From: Leptonemataceae bacterium | Lineage (GTDB): Bacteria > Spirochaetota > Leptospiria > Leptospirales > Leptonemataceae | Length of the DNA stretch: 64,000 bases | NCBI GenBank assembly: GCA_965227295.1 | Contig: OZ245742.1 | Span: 4,192,001-4,256,000, forward strand | Reading direction: 5' to 3' | Part shown: positions 8,308 through 18,821 of the stretch, one piece after another | Layout of the letters: each line of letters begins with the position of its first letter | Numbering within the stretch: the first letter of the stretch is position 1 | Position numbers and translations under genes: made by a program | The notes under the pieces: generated by a model | What the model was told of the DNA's origin: nothing | Seen by the model: the letters and a program-made list of their open reading frames with translations, nothing else | Database searches by the model: none

Positions 8308-10032
8308 CTACCCCAACAACCCAATCTTCTCCCGTGCATCCTTAAACGTCGGATCAACTTCCAGCACGCGATGGTACTGCCTTAACGCCTCATCGAACCG
8401 GGACGCGCGTTCGTAAATCAAGCCCAGGTTAAATAGCAACGTCGGCGAATCCGGAAACAAACGCAACAGCCGACCGTAGATCGCCTCGGCCCGATCGAAA
8501 CGTTCTTCGCGTATCATCAATTCACTGCGCGCATGCAACAAAGCGGGGTGCGCGCCGCCGGCGTTACGTAAGAAGCGGCCCGCCGCGTCGAACTCGTGTT
8601 GATCGAACAATTGCAAACCGAAGAACGCGCGCGCGGCCAGGCAGCGCCCGGCCATGGCTTCGAACTGCGGACGCACCGCCCCGCTCAGGCGGTCGGCGTA
8701 CTGCTCGAACGTACGCAACAAAGTCTTAAAATAAAAGGCCGCCCGTTCGTAATCGCGCGGGCCGTCCCCGCGTAAATTGGAGACGATCTCCTTAAAAATC
8801 CGAAAACGTTCCTGCATGAGACGCGGGTCGTGGCCGCCGCCGCTGATCTTCGCCGCGGCTTCCAGAAAGTAATGGTTCTCCACAAGATCGCCGCGCTCTT
8901 CGTGATCGGGACCGAGCACCGGCGGATGACCGTTGCGCGCCACTTCCAACGCCGTGCGAAAACGATAGCGCAACTCTTCCGGCGGCAACAAGAGATCCTG
9001 CTTATCCGCCATGGCCTTTTGCAACAAACGCTCTTCGCGTTCGTGGGCGCCCAGGCGATGAATGCAGTACACCGTTTCGAAGTACGCCGAACGCCCCGGC
9101 CACACCGAAAACTCCTGGAGTCGCCGCAGATAGTGCACGTACTTACCGTTGATCAAATAAGCGTTCAACACTAATCGCGACAGATAAGCTTTTTCCCCCA
9201 TGAACTTAGCGTGTCGCAACAGCAGACGGTTCGCCCGGAACAGCTTGCCGCGCATCTGGAGGTTCGCGTAGAGGTCCAGCAGATCGTCCTCGTCCACCGG
9301 CGGATTCTTCGCCATGCGGCGAATCACGTAGGCTTCCGTCTCCGTGTCGCCGGTGTAGGCCGCTTCGAGCCAGAGCAAACGCTTTACCGAAGGTCCGCCG
9401 TCGTGGCCGGCCGCGGCCCCGCCGCCCGGCACGGCCTCCGGATCGTCGTGAGCCCCCGGGCGTTTGCGCCCGCGCAAAATTTCATAACAATAATCAAAAT
9501 ACGGATCGTCGTGGCCCACCGAACGCGCGTAAAAATCCGCGGCCAGCGGGCGCTCCGGATGTTCGCAGGCCGAAAGCAGCGCCGCCGTCCGGTACACCGC
9601 GTCCCATTCGCAACCGTGCGCACGCAGGTGTTCGGCCAGGCTGAAGACCCACTGCGACCTCCCGGTCCAGATGGCGAAATGAATCAACGCGACGATGATG
9701 CGCCGGTCGATCTCGTGCCGGCCGTCGGTGGGATCTTCGAACGGCTTGCGCAAGTAGCAACGATATAGCTCGGGCATGAGCTCGCGCGCGCGGCGCCGGG
9801 CCTGGGGATGTAAGATGAACCGCGCCTTCCAGAACACGAAGGCGAAGCGATCCGGCAACGGCCGACCGGAGACGCCCGGGCGGAAGATGCGCTCCATGAG
9901 GATGTCACGATGCGTCAGATTTTCCAGTTGATCGTGGAACAGCGCCCGATAGTAATCATAGGTCTTTGCGTACCGCGCTGCGTCCGGATTCAGACGCAGG
10001 TGGTGACGGGGTTGGGTATTCGCAGAAGCCAT
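8308..10032 (-). CDS. Tetratricopeptide repeat protein
   Basis: C-terminal TPRs (LLFNLGLIYE...DEALRQYHRVLEVDP); long helical ORF. Confidence 0.8.
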   Translation of the reverse strand: MASANTQPRHHLRLNPDAARYAKTYDYYRALFHDQLENLTHRDILMERIFRPGVSGRPLPDRFAFVFWKARFILHPQARRRARELMPELYRCYLRKPFEDPTDGRHEIDRRIIVALIHFAIWTGRSQWVFSLAEHLRAHGCEWDAVYRTAALLSACEHPERPLAADFYARSVGHDDPYFDYCYEILRGRKRPGAHDDPEAVPGGGAAAGHDGGPSVKRLLWLEAAYTGDTETEAYVIRRMAKNPPVDEDDLLDLYANLQMRGKLFRANRLLLRHAKFMGEKAYLSRLVLNAYLINGKYVHYLRRLQEFSVWPGRSAYFETVYCIHRLGAHEREERLLQKAMADKQDLLLPPEELRYRFRTALEVARNGHPPVLGPDHEERGDLVENHYFLEAAAKISGGGHDPRLMQERFRIFKEIVSNLRGDGPRDYERAAFYFKTLLRTFEQYADRLSGAVRPQFEAMAGRCLAARAFFGLQLFDQHEFDAAGRFLRNAGGAHPALLHARSELMIREERFDRAEAIYGRLLRLFPDSPTLLFNLGLIYERASRFDEALRQYHRVLEVDPTFKDAREKIGLLG

Positions 10033-10107
10033 CTTATGTATAGTATCGAAACACCGGCGGAATCTGTTTTACAAAAATCCCGCCCCATTCCCCGCTTTCC
10101 AGAAATT

Positions 10108-12450
10108 ATGTCCACTTATATGCACCGCGCGCTGCCCCTGCTGCTCGTCCTCATCTTACTGAACCCCACCGGCGCCGGGGCCGACCAGGCCCAGGGCTAC
10201 GACGTCTATCGCTTCATGCAGACCGATCGCTGGGATGATCTGCGCGCGCACTTCCAGCGCTACCGCCCCCGCACGCGTACCGAGTACTACGCCCTGGCCG
10301 AGTCCATCTTCCGCACCAATCCGCCGCGGCGGGGCAGCCTCAGCAAAGACCAGGCCCAGGGCTACGCGGCCTTCTTTCAAATATTAGGCTCGAACTGCCA
10401 GGCCTCCAGTGCCGCGGCCTTCGAGGCCTGTCTGGAAGACATTCGCGAGGAGTCGTTGGATGATTTTATGCAGCGCCTGGCGATCTGGAAGGCCGCGGAG
10501 TACGCGGACAAACAGGGCTACGTGAGCCTGGCCTCGTCTCTCCAGGCCCGCGCGAACCTGTCAAAAAACGATCCTCTTTCGGAAAAAATATTCACCGACC
10601 GCCTGGCCACGTACGTACAGTCCGGGCAGTTTTCCGCGGCCCGCGCCCTGGCCGATCGTTACGAGGAACTCCAGGGCCCGTCGGCGAATCTCTATCGCGC
10701 CCGGGCCCTGGTAAAATCTCCCGGCACTACCACCGACGCCGGGGGCAACACCGTCAGCGATCGCGACCGCGCGCTCGGGCTGTACTTCCAGGCCATGCGC
10801 GACACCACCGTCACCTGGCTCGAACGCGCCATCGCCCAGGACGTCATGCGCAACTATCCCGGGTTGTTTACGACGGCGTCGCTGGCTTCCAACAATCCGG
10901 CGAACCGCGAAATCGTCCAGCTCGCGGAGTACATGCCGGCCGGCGAACTGCGAGCACTCCGCCGCGGCATCACGCCGCCGGAACTGGTGCGCACGACCAC
11001 GGCGGAACGCGTGCGCGGCGACGGGCTCTATCTCATCGCCGCCGGGGACGAACACTCCCTCATCTCCCTCGCGAACGCGGCCTATACGCATCTCTCGCAT
11101 TCGCCGGAGATCCTGCGCGAATGGGCCTACGCGCTCCGCCGCAAACGCGAGAACGGCGTGGCCTACGGACTTCTCACCGAGTTCAAACACGTGCGCGCGC
11201 AGTCGCCGTCGCTGTGGCAGGTGTACCTGGACCTGGTCGAAGAGCGCGATCGTAAACTTTATTTCAACGAACTCTTAGAGTACAACGCGCGCTACCACGC
11301 CCACTTCTCCACGGCGGATCGCCTCATCGCCATGCTCATCGGCGAAAGCGCTTCCAACATCAACTGGGCGCCGGACGAACTCTGGAACGAAGCGCGCCAG
11401 AAGCTGCCCGATCAAACGGGCAAGGGTCGCTTCGTCTACTGGCTCAAGCGTTACTATCTTCACAAGAACAACACCGCGGGCATCGAGGATCTCAAAGAGA
11501 ACTTCTACGCCATGGCCCCGGGTTCGTTCTATGCCGGGGCGTTCTGGGAGGACTTCGTCGAGGAATCGAAGGGCGGCGATTTCGCCCGGGACTGGCAGCA
11601 GGTCAACGACCGCCGCAGTTATTTGCAGTGGGTCGGCCGCCACGGCGGCAACGACCAGGCCGTGTTGTTTCTGCGCCGCCGCAACCTCACGCGTTTCCAC
11701 GATCCGCAGGCCCTATATTTATGGAAGGACTTCCAGTCCGGCCGCTATCGTGCGCCGGAGGACATCCAGCATCTGCACCGCCTGGGCGAACTCACGCTGG
11801 GCTCCGAATTCTTCGAGCACTACTACGACGGTAAGGTTTCACACCGCGAACGTTTAGCGCGGCGCGCGTACCTCGGCGACCGGGCGAACTGGTTGCATCA
11901 TTCGGTCTACTTCACCCGCCAGCTCGCGCGGGACATGGGCGTGCCCGAGGATCCCTTCTCCATGCCGGAGGGATTATTGAAAGCGCTCTATCCCCGCCCG
12001 TACTACGACCTGGTTTCGAAGTACTCGCAGGATTACAACATCTCTTCGAACGCGGTCTACGCCCTAATGCGCCAGGAAAGTATGTTTAGAGAGCAGGCCA
12101 TCTCACGCTCCGGTGCCCGGGGGCTCATGCAAATCATGCCCGCCACCGGCAAGTGGCTCGCCGGCAAAATGAACATCCGCAATCCCGATCTCATGGAACC
12201 GGACGTAAACATCAACATGGGCGCGAAGTTCATGTCGGACCTGGTGCGTTCCACCGGTAACTTTCGCTGGGCGAGCATTGCGTACAACGGCGGCCCGGGG
12301 AATCTGCGCCGCTGGAAAGCCGCCTACTACAAGGACGACTTTTACTTTTTCCTCGAGAACCTGCCGAAAGAAGAACCCCGCAACTACTGCCGCGTCACGT
12401 TTCAAAACTACATGCACTACAAAACGACGTATGCTTTGTATCCGGAGTAA
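10108..12450 (+). CDS. Soluble lytic murein transglycosylase (SLT domain) with signal peptide
   Basis: YALMRQES, SGARGLMQIMPATG, ASIAYNGGPGN, EEPRNY; start chosen at ATG 10108 ahead of the signal peptide. Confidence 0.9.
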   Translation: MSTYMHRALPLLLVLILLNPTGAGADQAQGYDVYRFMQTDRWDDLRAHFQRYRPRTRTEYYALAESIFRTNPPRRGSLSKDQAQGYAAFFQILGSNCQASSAAAFEACLEDIREESLDDFMQRLAIWKAAEYADKQGYVSLASSLQARANLSKNDPLSEKIFTDRLATYVQSGQFSAARALADRYEELQGPSANLYRARALVKSPGTTTDAGGNTVSDRDRALGLYFQAMRDTTVTWLERAIAQDVMRNYPGLFTTASLASNNPANREIVQLAEYMPAGELRALRRGITPPELVRTTTAERVRGDGLYLIAAGDEHSLISLANAAYTHLSHSPEILREWAYALRRKRENGVAYGLLTEFKHVRAQSPSLWQVYLDLVEERDRKLYFNELLEYNARYHAHFSTADRLIAMLIGESASNINWAPDELWNEARQKLPDQTGKGRFVYWLKRYYLHKNNTAGIEDLKENFYAMAPGSFYAGAFWEDFVEESKGGDFARDWQQVNDRRSYLQWVGRHGGNDQAVLFLRRRNLTRFHDPQALYLWKDFQSGRYRAPEDIQHLHRLGELTLGSEFFEHYYDGKVSHRERLARRAYLGDRANWLHHSVYFTRQLARDMGVPEDPFSMPEGLLKALYPRPYYDLVSKYSQDYNISSNAVYALMRQESMFREQAISRSGARGLMQIMPATGKWLAGKMNIRNPDLMEPDVNINMGAKFMSDLVRSTGNFRWASIAYNGGPGNLRRWKAAYYKDDFYFFLENLPKEEPRNYCRVTFQNYMHYKTTYALYPE

Positions 12451-12501
12451 GATCCGGGTAACCGAACCGGAATAACGGCACGTGCGGGGACTCTCATTCT
12501 T

Positions 12502-12617
12502 GCGTTAGCGATCCGGAGGGTGGGCCGAAGGCCCAGTCTCAGCCGTCTTCGGCTGAGACCGCAGCGAGAGCGGAGCCCGGAGGAGCGCGACCCGGAGCGA
12601 AGCGCAGGGGAACGCCC
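12502..12617 (+). repeat. REP-like palindromic repeat (intact copy, contains GCGGAGC core at 12570-12576)
   Basis: Nested short hairpins, ...ACCGCAGCGAGAGCGGAGCCCGGAG...GGGAACGCCC; same architecture as 50005-50129. Confidence 0.8.
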
Positions 12618-12691
12618 TTACAAATATTACATTATTCAAAGCTAACATAATAATTTCCGGCTGAATGTTGGGATGCCCGAAACTCTTTTTT

Positions 12692-12809
12692 GGGCGCGTC
12701 GCCTGCGGCGACCGCGCTTTCCGGGGCTCCGCCTTACGGCTACGGTCCTCCGGGCTTCGCCCTCCGGACGCGCGCTAACGCGCGCCCCCTCCAATCGCTC
12801 GCGCGAAGA
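12692..12809 (-). repeat. REP-like palindromic repeat, inverted partner of 12502-12617
   Basis: Reverse complement reads TCTTCGCGCGAGCGAT...TCCGGAGGGCGAAGCCCGGAGGACCGTAGCCGTAAGGCGGAGCCCCGGA...GCGCCCAAAA. Confidence 0.8.
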
Positions 12810-12879
12810 AATTTGCTGTAAAACGGCGAAAGTAATCGCATGATTACGGGATGGTGATGATAATGCTATCTTTCTGCCG

Positions 12880-13733
12880 ATGATCGGCTTCAACCCATTG
12901 AACATTGCAGTTAAGAAAGACTTCTACAAACTTGAGCTTCTGTCAGATATTGAAAAACAATTTCTCGTGCGCTGGATTGAGACAATGTCACCAGTCAACC
13001 GCGCGCTTCACCATAATTGGATAAAAATATTCACGGCTCCTTTTGACTGGATAGACATATTACGGAGCAAGAATACTCTGCAACGAGTGACTTGTATAAA
13101 GCGGCGGAGGCGTCTGCAAACAACATGGAAGAAGATACATTGGAACGTATCGAGGGTTCCGCGATTAGCTTGCTCAAATGCTTAGGATTAAGCCACTGTA
13201 ATTTATTCATGTCTGATGAAAACTTTCGGTTCAATTTTCTCTATTTCTTGGCTTGGCAGTATTTCCGAACTTACAATATGCACCAACGAATCGTGGAAAA
13301 AATACCAACCATGTCCAGTGAGGTTCTTACAGCGGCAGTATGGCCCGTACTTCGACAAATGATTTCAGTAGAACTGGGCATGAGGCTCAGTGCCGTACCC
13401 CTGAGAATATCTTTACTACACAATCCGCACAACATCCCATTTCTTACATCTGACCAGCCCGTCGTGAATATCGCTGCGACTGAAGATGAGGAGCCAGAGG
13501 ACTTAGAACTGTATTATCCACTATCTCCTCATCTGGCCCTGCTTGTCGCTCCCGCTCAAAATGGCTTAGAAACAACAGAGAACCGAGAGATGTCCGAGTT
13601 TCAAACTGAAATATTTAACAATCACCTTATTCGCCGTTCCCACCAACAATTATACTGCAATCCTGAGGCAGCCAAAGTCTTGGAGGGTCTCTCGGTGCGG
13701 AAACGGGACTTCGGTTCGGAGTCGCAGTCCTAA
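12880..13733 (+). pseudogene. Frameshifted, 5'-truncated DUF4238-like gene
   Basis: NIAVKKDFY in one frame; QYFRT, FLTSDQPVVN, YYPLSPHLAL in the next frame. Frames overlap at about 13050-13185. AT-rich relative to flanks. Confidence 0.65.
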
Positions 13734-13871
13734 GGATCCACGACACGTCCCTGAGTGCCACAGTCACCCTCTCGACCTCTCATCCTCCCGCGAAAATCTT
13801 CCCCCGGTGTCCTCGGTGTCTCGGAGGTTCAATTGACACTCAGGCCGCTCCCGAACTCCCTGTCTCAGTCC

Positions 13872-15443
13872 ATGCCCGTCCAGTTCTACAACAGCCTTGC
13901 CGACGAGAAGCAACCGTTTGAACCCGCCGACCCCGCGCGGGTGAAGATCTATAGCTGCGGGCCCACCGTGTACAACTACAATCACCTGGGCAACTTCCGC
14001 GCGTACGTCTTCGTCGATTTACTGCGCCGCTATCTCCTGTTCCGTGGTTACGGCCTCGAACAGACCATGAACATCACCGACGTCGAGGACAAGATCATCA
14101 AAGGCGCGCTGGACGCGGGCCGCTCCATCGACGAATTCACAAAGCCGTACATCGACGCCTTCTTAGAAGACCTGGCGTTCCTGAACATCCAGGACCTGGA
14201 ACACCGGCCGCGGGCCACACGCAGCATCGACGCCATGATCGACATCATGCAACGCCTGGACGAGAACGGCCACGTATACACCCGCGACGGCAACGTGTAC
14301 TTTCGATTAAAAACGTTCACCGATTACGGGCGCCTGTCAAAAATCGAAGCCGAACAGTTGCAGACGGCGGCAGACGGTCGCTTCGAAGCGGACGAATACA
14401 CCAAAGAAGACGTCCGCGACTTCGCGCTCTGGAAGGCGCCGCAGCTCGACAACGAACCCGCCTGGGATTCGCCCTTCGGCCCGGGCCGACCGGGCTGGCA
14501 CTTAGAATGCTCCGCCATGATCCGCGACGTCTACGGCCAGGCCGGCGTCGACATACACACCGGCGGCATCGATCTCTTGTTCCCGCATCACGAAAACGAA
14601 CTGGCGCAAAGCGCCTGCGCCTACCCCGGCGACAACTTCGTTCGCTACTGGATGCACAACGAACATCTGCTCGTCGACGGCAAGAAGATGTCCAAGTCCG
14701 AGCGGAACTACTTTCTCCTGCGCGACTTCAGCGACAACGAACGACTGCAGGCCCTGGTCAACGACGGCATTGCCCCGGACTTCCTGCTGAAGCTCAAAGA
14801 ACGCGGGCGCCTCGGTGTTTGCCTGCGGCATTTGCTGATCGGCACGCACTATCGCCAGAAGCTCAACTTCACGTTCACCGGCATCCAGGCCGCGGACGCC
14901 GCCCTGGGGCGTATTCAAAATATGATCGCCCGCCTCAAGGAAGAGAGCGGCTGGTCCGCCGCCGACATCCGCCGGGCCGGCGAGGACCACGCCGCGAAAG
15001 AACGCGAGCGCGGCCCCGGCGCCGAACCGCTGTTTCCGAACGAGGACTCACCGACGTCGGCGGCGGAGCAGGCCCACGCCGCCTTCACGGCGGCCCTGGA
15101 CGACGACCTGAACGTTGCGCGAGCCTTCGCCGCCCTCTTCGATCTCGCCCGCGAAAGCACGCGCAACTTAGAAGGCCTGGGCACGGCCTTCGCGGAGCGC
15201 GCCCTCATCTTCCTGCACCAGGCCGACGCCGTCCTCGGCATCCTGGATTTTTCCGAGCAGGCCGACGCGGCCCCCGGCATCGACGCGGTGGATGCGGATC
15301 GCATTGAACGGCTCATTCAGGAACGCAAAGACGCGCGCGCGAACAAGGACTTCGCCCTGGCCGACCGCATCCGCGACGAATTGAAAGATGAAGGCATCAT
15401 TCTGAAAGACAGCCCGGAAGGAACCACCTGGGAAGTGGAGTAG
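13872..15443 (+). CDS. cysS: Cysteinyl-tRNA synthetase
   Basis: CGPTVY, HLGN, DFALWK, GRPGWHLECSAM, DIHTGGIDLLFPHHENE, KMSKS, ADRIRDEL. Confidence 0.97.
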   Translation: MPVQFYNSLADEKQPFEPADPARVKIYSCGPTVYNYNHLGNFRAYVFVDLLRRYLLFRGYGLEQTMNITDVEDKIIKGALDAGRSIDEFTKPYIDAFLEDLAFLNIQDLEHRPRATRSIDAMIDIMQRLDENGHVYTRDGNVYFRLKTFTDYGRLSKIEAEQLQTAADGRFEADEYTKEDVRDFALWKAPQLDNEPAWDSPFGPGRPGWHLECSAMIRDVYGQAGVDIHTGGIDLLFPHHENELAQSACAYPGDNFVRYWMHNEHLLVDGKKMSKSERNYFLLRDFSDNERLQALVNDGIAPDFLLKLKERGRLGVCLRHLLIGTHYRQKLNFTFTGIQAADAALGRIQNMIARLKEESGWSAADIRRAGEDHAAKERERGPGAEPLFPNEDSPTSAAEQAHAAFTAALDDDLNVARAFAALFDLARESTRNLEGLGTAFAERALIFLHQADAVLGILDFSEQADAAPGIDAVDADRIERLIQERKDARANKDFALADRIRDELKDEGIILKDSPEGTTWEVE

Positions 15444-15444
15444 C

Positions 15445-16227
15445 GTGAGCAAAGCACGCATCATCTACGGTCGCCATCCGGTGAGCGCGTATCTTAAGGG
15501 CGCGGGCGACGACCAGGCCGTGGCCGCGGTCTATCTCGGCGAACACTTCCCGCGTAAGTTAGGCGACGAGCTGCGCAAGAAGTTTGCGAACGCAAGCTTT
15601 CACGAGCTGCCGCGCAAAGAACTGGATCGCCTGTACCCCGGTCTGCGTCATCAGGGCGTCGTCCTTGAATTTCACGAGGGCGCGCCCATGCCTGGCGAAG
15701 CCGAGGCCGGCGACGACTGGCACGACATTGTCCGCGAACGGAACGGCCTCATCATTCTCCTGGATCGCATTCAGGATCCGCACAATCTCGGCAGCATCAT
15801 CCGCAGCGCCGAGGCTTTGGGTGCACGCTGCGTGTTCGTCACGGGCCAGGGCGCGCCGGTCAACGAGACAGTGCACAAGGTTTCGAGCGGCGCAAGTTTA
15901 CGATTGCCGCTGTTTCGTAAGAGCAACCTCGCACAGTTACTCGACGCCCTCAAAGACGCCGGCTACTGGATCTGCGCCGCCGCGGCCCGCGAAGATCTGC
16001 CGGAGGATCTCCCCGCCGATCATCCCGTCCAGGCGCATACCGAACTCGGCCGGCTTCCGGAGGCCCAGGAAATCGCGCTCATCATCGGCAGCGAGGGCGA
16101 CGGCGTAAAAACGTTGTCGATCAAACGCAGCGACTACGTGATCACGATCGATCTGCCGGGCGATACCGAATCATTGAACGCCGGGGTCGCGGCGGGGATT
16201 TTGATTGATCGGATCGTGCATAGATAG
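15445..16227 (+). CDS. rlmB: 23S rRNA Gm2251 methyltransferase (SpoU/TrmH family)
   Basis: YGRHPV, HQGVV, LDRIQDPHNLGSIIRSA, IGSEGDG, ESLNAGVAAG; directly downstream of cysS. Confidence 0.85.
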   Translation: MSKARIIYGRHPVSAYLKGAGDDQAVAAVYLGEHFPRKLGDELRKKFANASFHELPRKELDRLYPGLRHQGVVLEFHEGAPMPGEAEAGDDWHDIVRERNGLIILLDRIQDPHNLGSIIRSAEALGARCVFVTGQGAPVNETVHKVSSGASLRLPLFRKSNLAQLLDALKDAGYWICAAAAREDLPEDLPADHPVQAHTELGRLPEAQEIALIIGSEGDGVKTLSIKRSDYVITIDLPGDTESLNAGVAAGILIDRIVHR

Positions 16228-16365
16228 CCAAAGTCTTCGCGTCAGCGATTGGAAGGCGTGTCGGGTGGATTTTTCGCTTCGCTGTTGCCGTCTACAACTT
16301 GCTACGAATCAGAAACCTACAGGAGGCCGCAGCATGATCGCGAATGCTAACTTGCGAAACACAAG

Positions 16366-16448
16366 CGTTAGGGATGCGCAGGGTGCCGCGCAGCGGCAGT
16401 CCGGAGTGCGAAGCACGGAGGACCGAAGCGAAGCGGAGCACTGCGTAA
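16366..16448 (+). other. attL: 5' half of a REP-like repeat + core GCGGAGC (16433-16439) + element arm ACTGCGTAA
   Basis: Matches the 5' half of the intact repeat at 50005-50129 up to the core, then diverges abruptly. Confidence 0.8.
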
Positions 16449-16617
16449 TGCACGGAGTAAATCGGCGTGAAAATGTGTAATTTCGCTTATTTCGCGCGGT
16501 TCGCTTCCCTTATGACCGGGGCGGAGAATACCGCAAGACCGTTTCGGGAAATCCGGCCGCGCAAGCCGGTTTTCGGAGGGTTTGTTGTCCATCCTCCAAT
16601 AAAATTTCCCTATCGTT

Positions 16618-17127
16618 TCAGAATGTTACAAAGGACGCAAGCCGCTTTTGATTTGTCGCTGGAGTTTCCCCGGCCCCTTCGTCCGGTGTGCCGGGGGACG
16701 TGCCGGGGGCCGTCCCTTGTCCTCCCAGCCAGGGCGGGCTAAGGAAGCGTCGCCAGTGACTCAATACGGCATCCGCGTTGTTGATTGATTCAAGTGAGGT
16801 AAATAAAATCCGTTCCCGCCGCGCCGCCGTAACCATGGTACGAGAAAACACATGCATGAACTCTTCCGGGTCGCAATCGTAGACTTCGCATAGTCGCACG
16901 AATTCGACCGGGTCAATACCCCTGCCGCCGCCGTGATCCTCAATCACGGCCAGCCGTTCTAACGTAATCGGCAGTGAGGCGCAAACCCGCGCGACATCCT
17001 CGCGGGCAATGTCTGATAAGATTCGCACACGCTGCAATAGCAGTCCCAGGCGACGGGCTTCCGCCTCACTCCAGACTATCGCCGCCGCCGTCGGAAAGTT
17101 TACGTCTACTATTTCGAATAGTGGCAT
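16618..17127 (-). CDS. Putative XRE-like helix-turn-helix protein
   Basis: LGLLLQRVR...AREDVA...ITLERLAVIEDHG...IDPVEFVRLCEVY resembles an XRE HTH. Confidence 0.55.
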   Translation of the reverse strand: MPLFEIVDVNFPTAAAIVWSEAEARRLGLLLQRVRILSDIAREDVARVCASLPITLERLAVIEDHGGGRGIDPVEFVRLCEVYDCDPEEFMHVFSRTMVTAARRERILFTSLESINNADAVLSHWRRFLSPPWLGGQGTAPGTSPGTPDEGAGETPATNQKRLASFVTF

Positions 17128-17557
17128 CTTCGAGCCCTCCTGTCAATTCCTCTGCCCACGCTGTCCGAACAAGGGTCCGACGGTGTCGCGCCTTGCTCAG
17201 AAAAGATTCTAATTGCCTTTCAAGAACCGTATCGGGTGCGTACGCAATTGCATTGCGAAAGACACTGAAACTGTCCAGGTCCAGCAATTCACATAGCCGC
17301 AAGTATGCATATACTGAATACTTTCCCGGCGTTCCTCTCTCTATAGCCTTCAACCGGTGCTTGCCCATTCCGCGCAGTCGTCGGCACAGTCGAAAAATGG
17401 CGGGAGGCTCAAGCCCTAATTGCAACCGGCGTTCGCGAATCTGCTTTCCGATCCTTCTTACGACAGTGGCGGGCAGAAATAGGCCCTCGTTCGTCTGGCC
17501 GGTCGTGATTTGCGCGATTTTTTTCGCCGCATCTTCGTATGTTTTTGGAGTTAGCAT
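17066..17557 (-). CDS. Putative XRE-like helix-turn-helix protein
   Basis: IGKQIRERRLQLGL...HRLKAIERG...YLRLCELLDL. Confidence 0.6.
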   Translation of the reverse strand: MLTPKTYEDAAKKIAQITTGQTNEGLFLPATVVRRIGKQIRERRLQLGLEPPAIFRLCRRLRGMGKHRLKAIERGTPGKYSVYAYLRLCELLDLDSFSVFRNAIAYAPDTVLERQLESFLSKARHRRTLVRTAWAEELTGGLEDATIRNSRRKLSDGGGDSLE

Positions 17558-17646
17558 AAAACTGAGTTCAAATTCGCGTCCATTTCCCGGTGATTACGCT
17601 TGAATTCTTCGCAATTTGAGGGCGAAAATGATGGAAAAAATTTGAT

Positions 17647-17973
17647 TCATAACGAATTTAAGAGCGCTTTCGCTTCAGCTTCGCCATGCGCGAGCGCAAG
17701 GGGAATGTGACTTTGCGTCAAAATGCTTCCGACTCTTTTGTTTTCGCCCACAAGGACAACGACGCGGCCCCCGCCGGTCTCACAAATCCGCTGTAATTGG
17801 AACAATTGACCGATTGCGGCCGAATCGATAACCAGGACTTGCGTTAAGTCTACAATAATGCGTGAGTAAGATGCAGAATGGATTTTAAATTGTTCGGCCC
17901 ATTTGTGCGCATTGTGCATATTGAAAGTGTCGTCATCGACAATAATAGTTTTCATTCGAGCGCTCATTCTCAT
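17647..17973 (-). CDS. STAS-domain anti-sigma-factor antagonist
   Basis: IIVDLTQVLVIDSAAIGQL (phospho-Ser DS motif), GGRVVVL, 108 aa. Confidence 0.8.
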   Translation of the reverse strand: MRMSARMKTIIVDDDTFNMHNAHKWAEQFKIHSASYSRIIVDLTQVLVIDSAAIGQLFQLQRICETGGGRVVVLVGENKRVGSILTQSHIPLALAHGEAEAKALLNSL

Positions 17974-17978
17974 GCGAC

Positions 17979-18821
17979 TTACAGCGAAAAGGACCAGGAC
18001 AATACAAAGTTATCCTGAGAAAAAGTTAGCGCCGGTAAGTCGCCGTGCTCATCGAAGAATTTCGGGCGCGTGACGCCATGCAGTCGTGAGTCTATCTGCG
18101 CGAGGGCATAGACTGCTATGGCGAGGCCGAGCGAGATTTCTGCACGCGTACGCGCAGCTCGCAACTCTCGTTCGCGTGATGCTGAATCGAAGGGTGCTTC
18201 GTACCACGCACGATCAACCGAGGCCCCGCGCCGCACCAGCTCCCGATTACTGAAATACGCGGCGGTTAAAAACACCGGCCAGGCGATAGCATAGAAACCA
18301 CCCCGATAATAAAAGCCTTCTCCCATATGACCGGCCCCGGGCCAAATGAGGTTGTATGTTTGCAAATCGCTCTTGCGTTCGGCGGCTTTCTTGTCCTGCT
18401 CCAATTTTCTCCTTTTCTGATCTTTGATCGCTGCAATTTCTTCGTTGGCTGATCTTTCATACTCCCGCGTGCGCACATCGAAGCGCTCTACTTTCAATTC
18501 TCTTTCTTTGGCTCCCATGCCCACTTTGAGAGTGTTGTTTTCGAGCTCCAATCGCTCAATCTTTGCCTCGGGAGTTTCCGCGACGATCGATTGCGAATAC
18601 AAAGGGTTAATCGAAATCGATATGATAAGGGCGGCCGTTAATAGGAACAATACCGGCCCCGACGAGATGAACGTATTCTTTCCCGGCGCGTGTAAAGACG
18701 ACGCCGCGCATTGGGCTATCCTCTTCCCCGATGAAATAAAATGTGCCAATTCTTCCATATTCATCTTTAATCTGTTCCTCCGTCCATTCCGCGCCAAACG
18801 CTTCAAACTTCTTTGGAGCAT
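17979..18821 (-). CDS. Exported/membrane coiled-coil protein of the ECF-FecR operon (true start probably downstream)
   Basis: Signal-like segment, coiled coil, LIWPGAGH.G...RG membrane motif, C-terminal aromatic strand. Confidence 0.55.
   Translation of the reverse strand: MLQRSLKRLARNGRRNRLKMNMEELAHFISSGKRIAQCAASSLHAPGKNTFISSGPVLFLLTAALIISISINPLYSQSIVAETPEAKIERLELENNTLKVGMGAKERELKVERFDVRTREYERSANEEIAAIKDQKRRKLEQDKKAAERKSDLQTYNLIWPGAGHMGEGFYYRGGFYAIAWPVFLTAAYFSNRELVRRGASVDRAWYEAPFDSASRERELRAARTRAEISLGLAIAVYALAQIDSRLHGVTRPKFFDEHGDLPALTFSQDNFVLSWSFSL

Noticed and set aside
16346..16373. CTAAC...GTTAG hairpin resembling an integron attC (similar one near 12641-12672)
   Set aside because: Too short for attC, no clear L boxes, no cassette array, and the integrase shows no obvious IntI-specific insertion
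16228..16440. tRNA/tmRNA gene as integration target
   Set aside because: No cloverleaf, T-loop or CCA pattern at either junction; the junctions match the REP-like repeat instead
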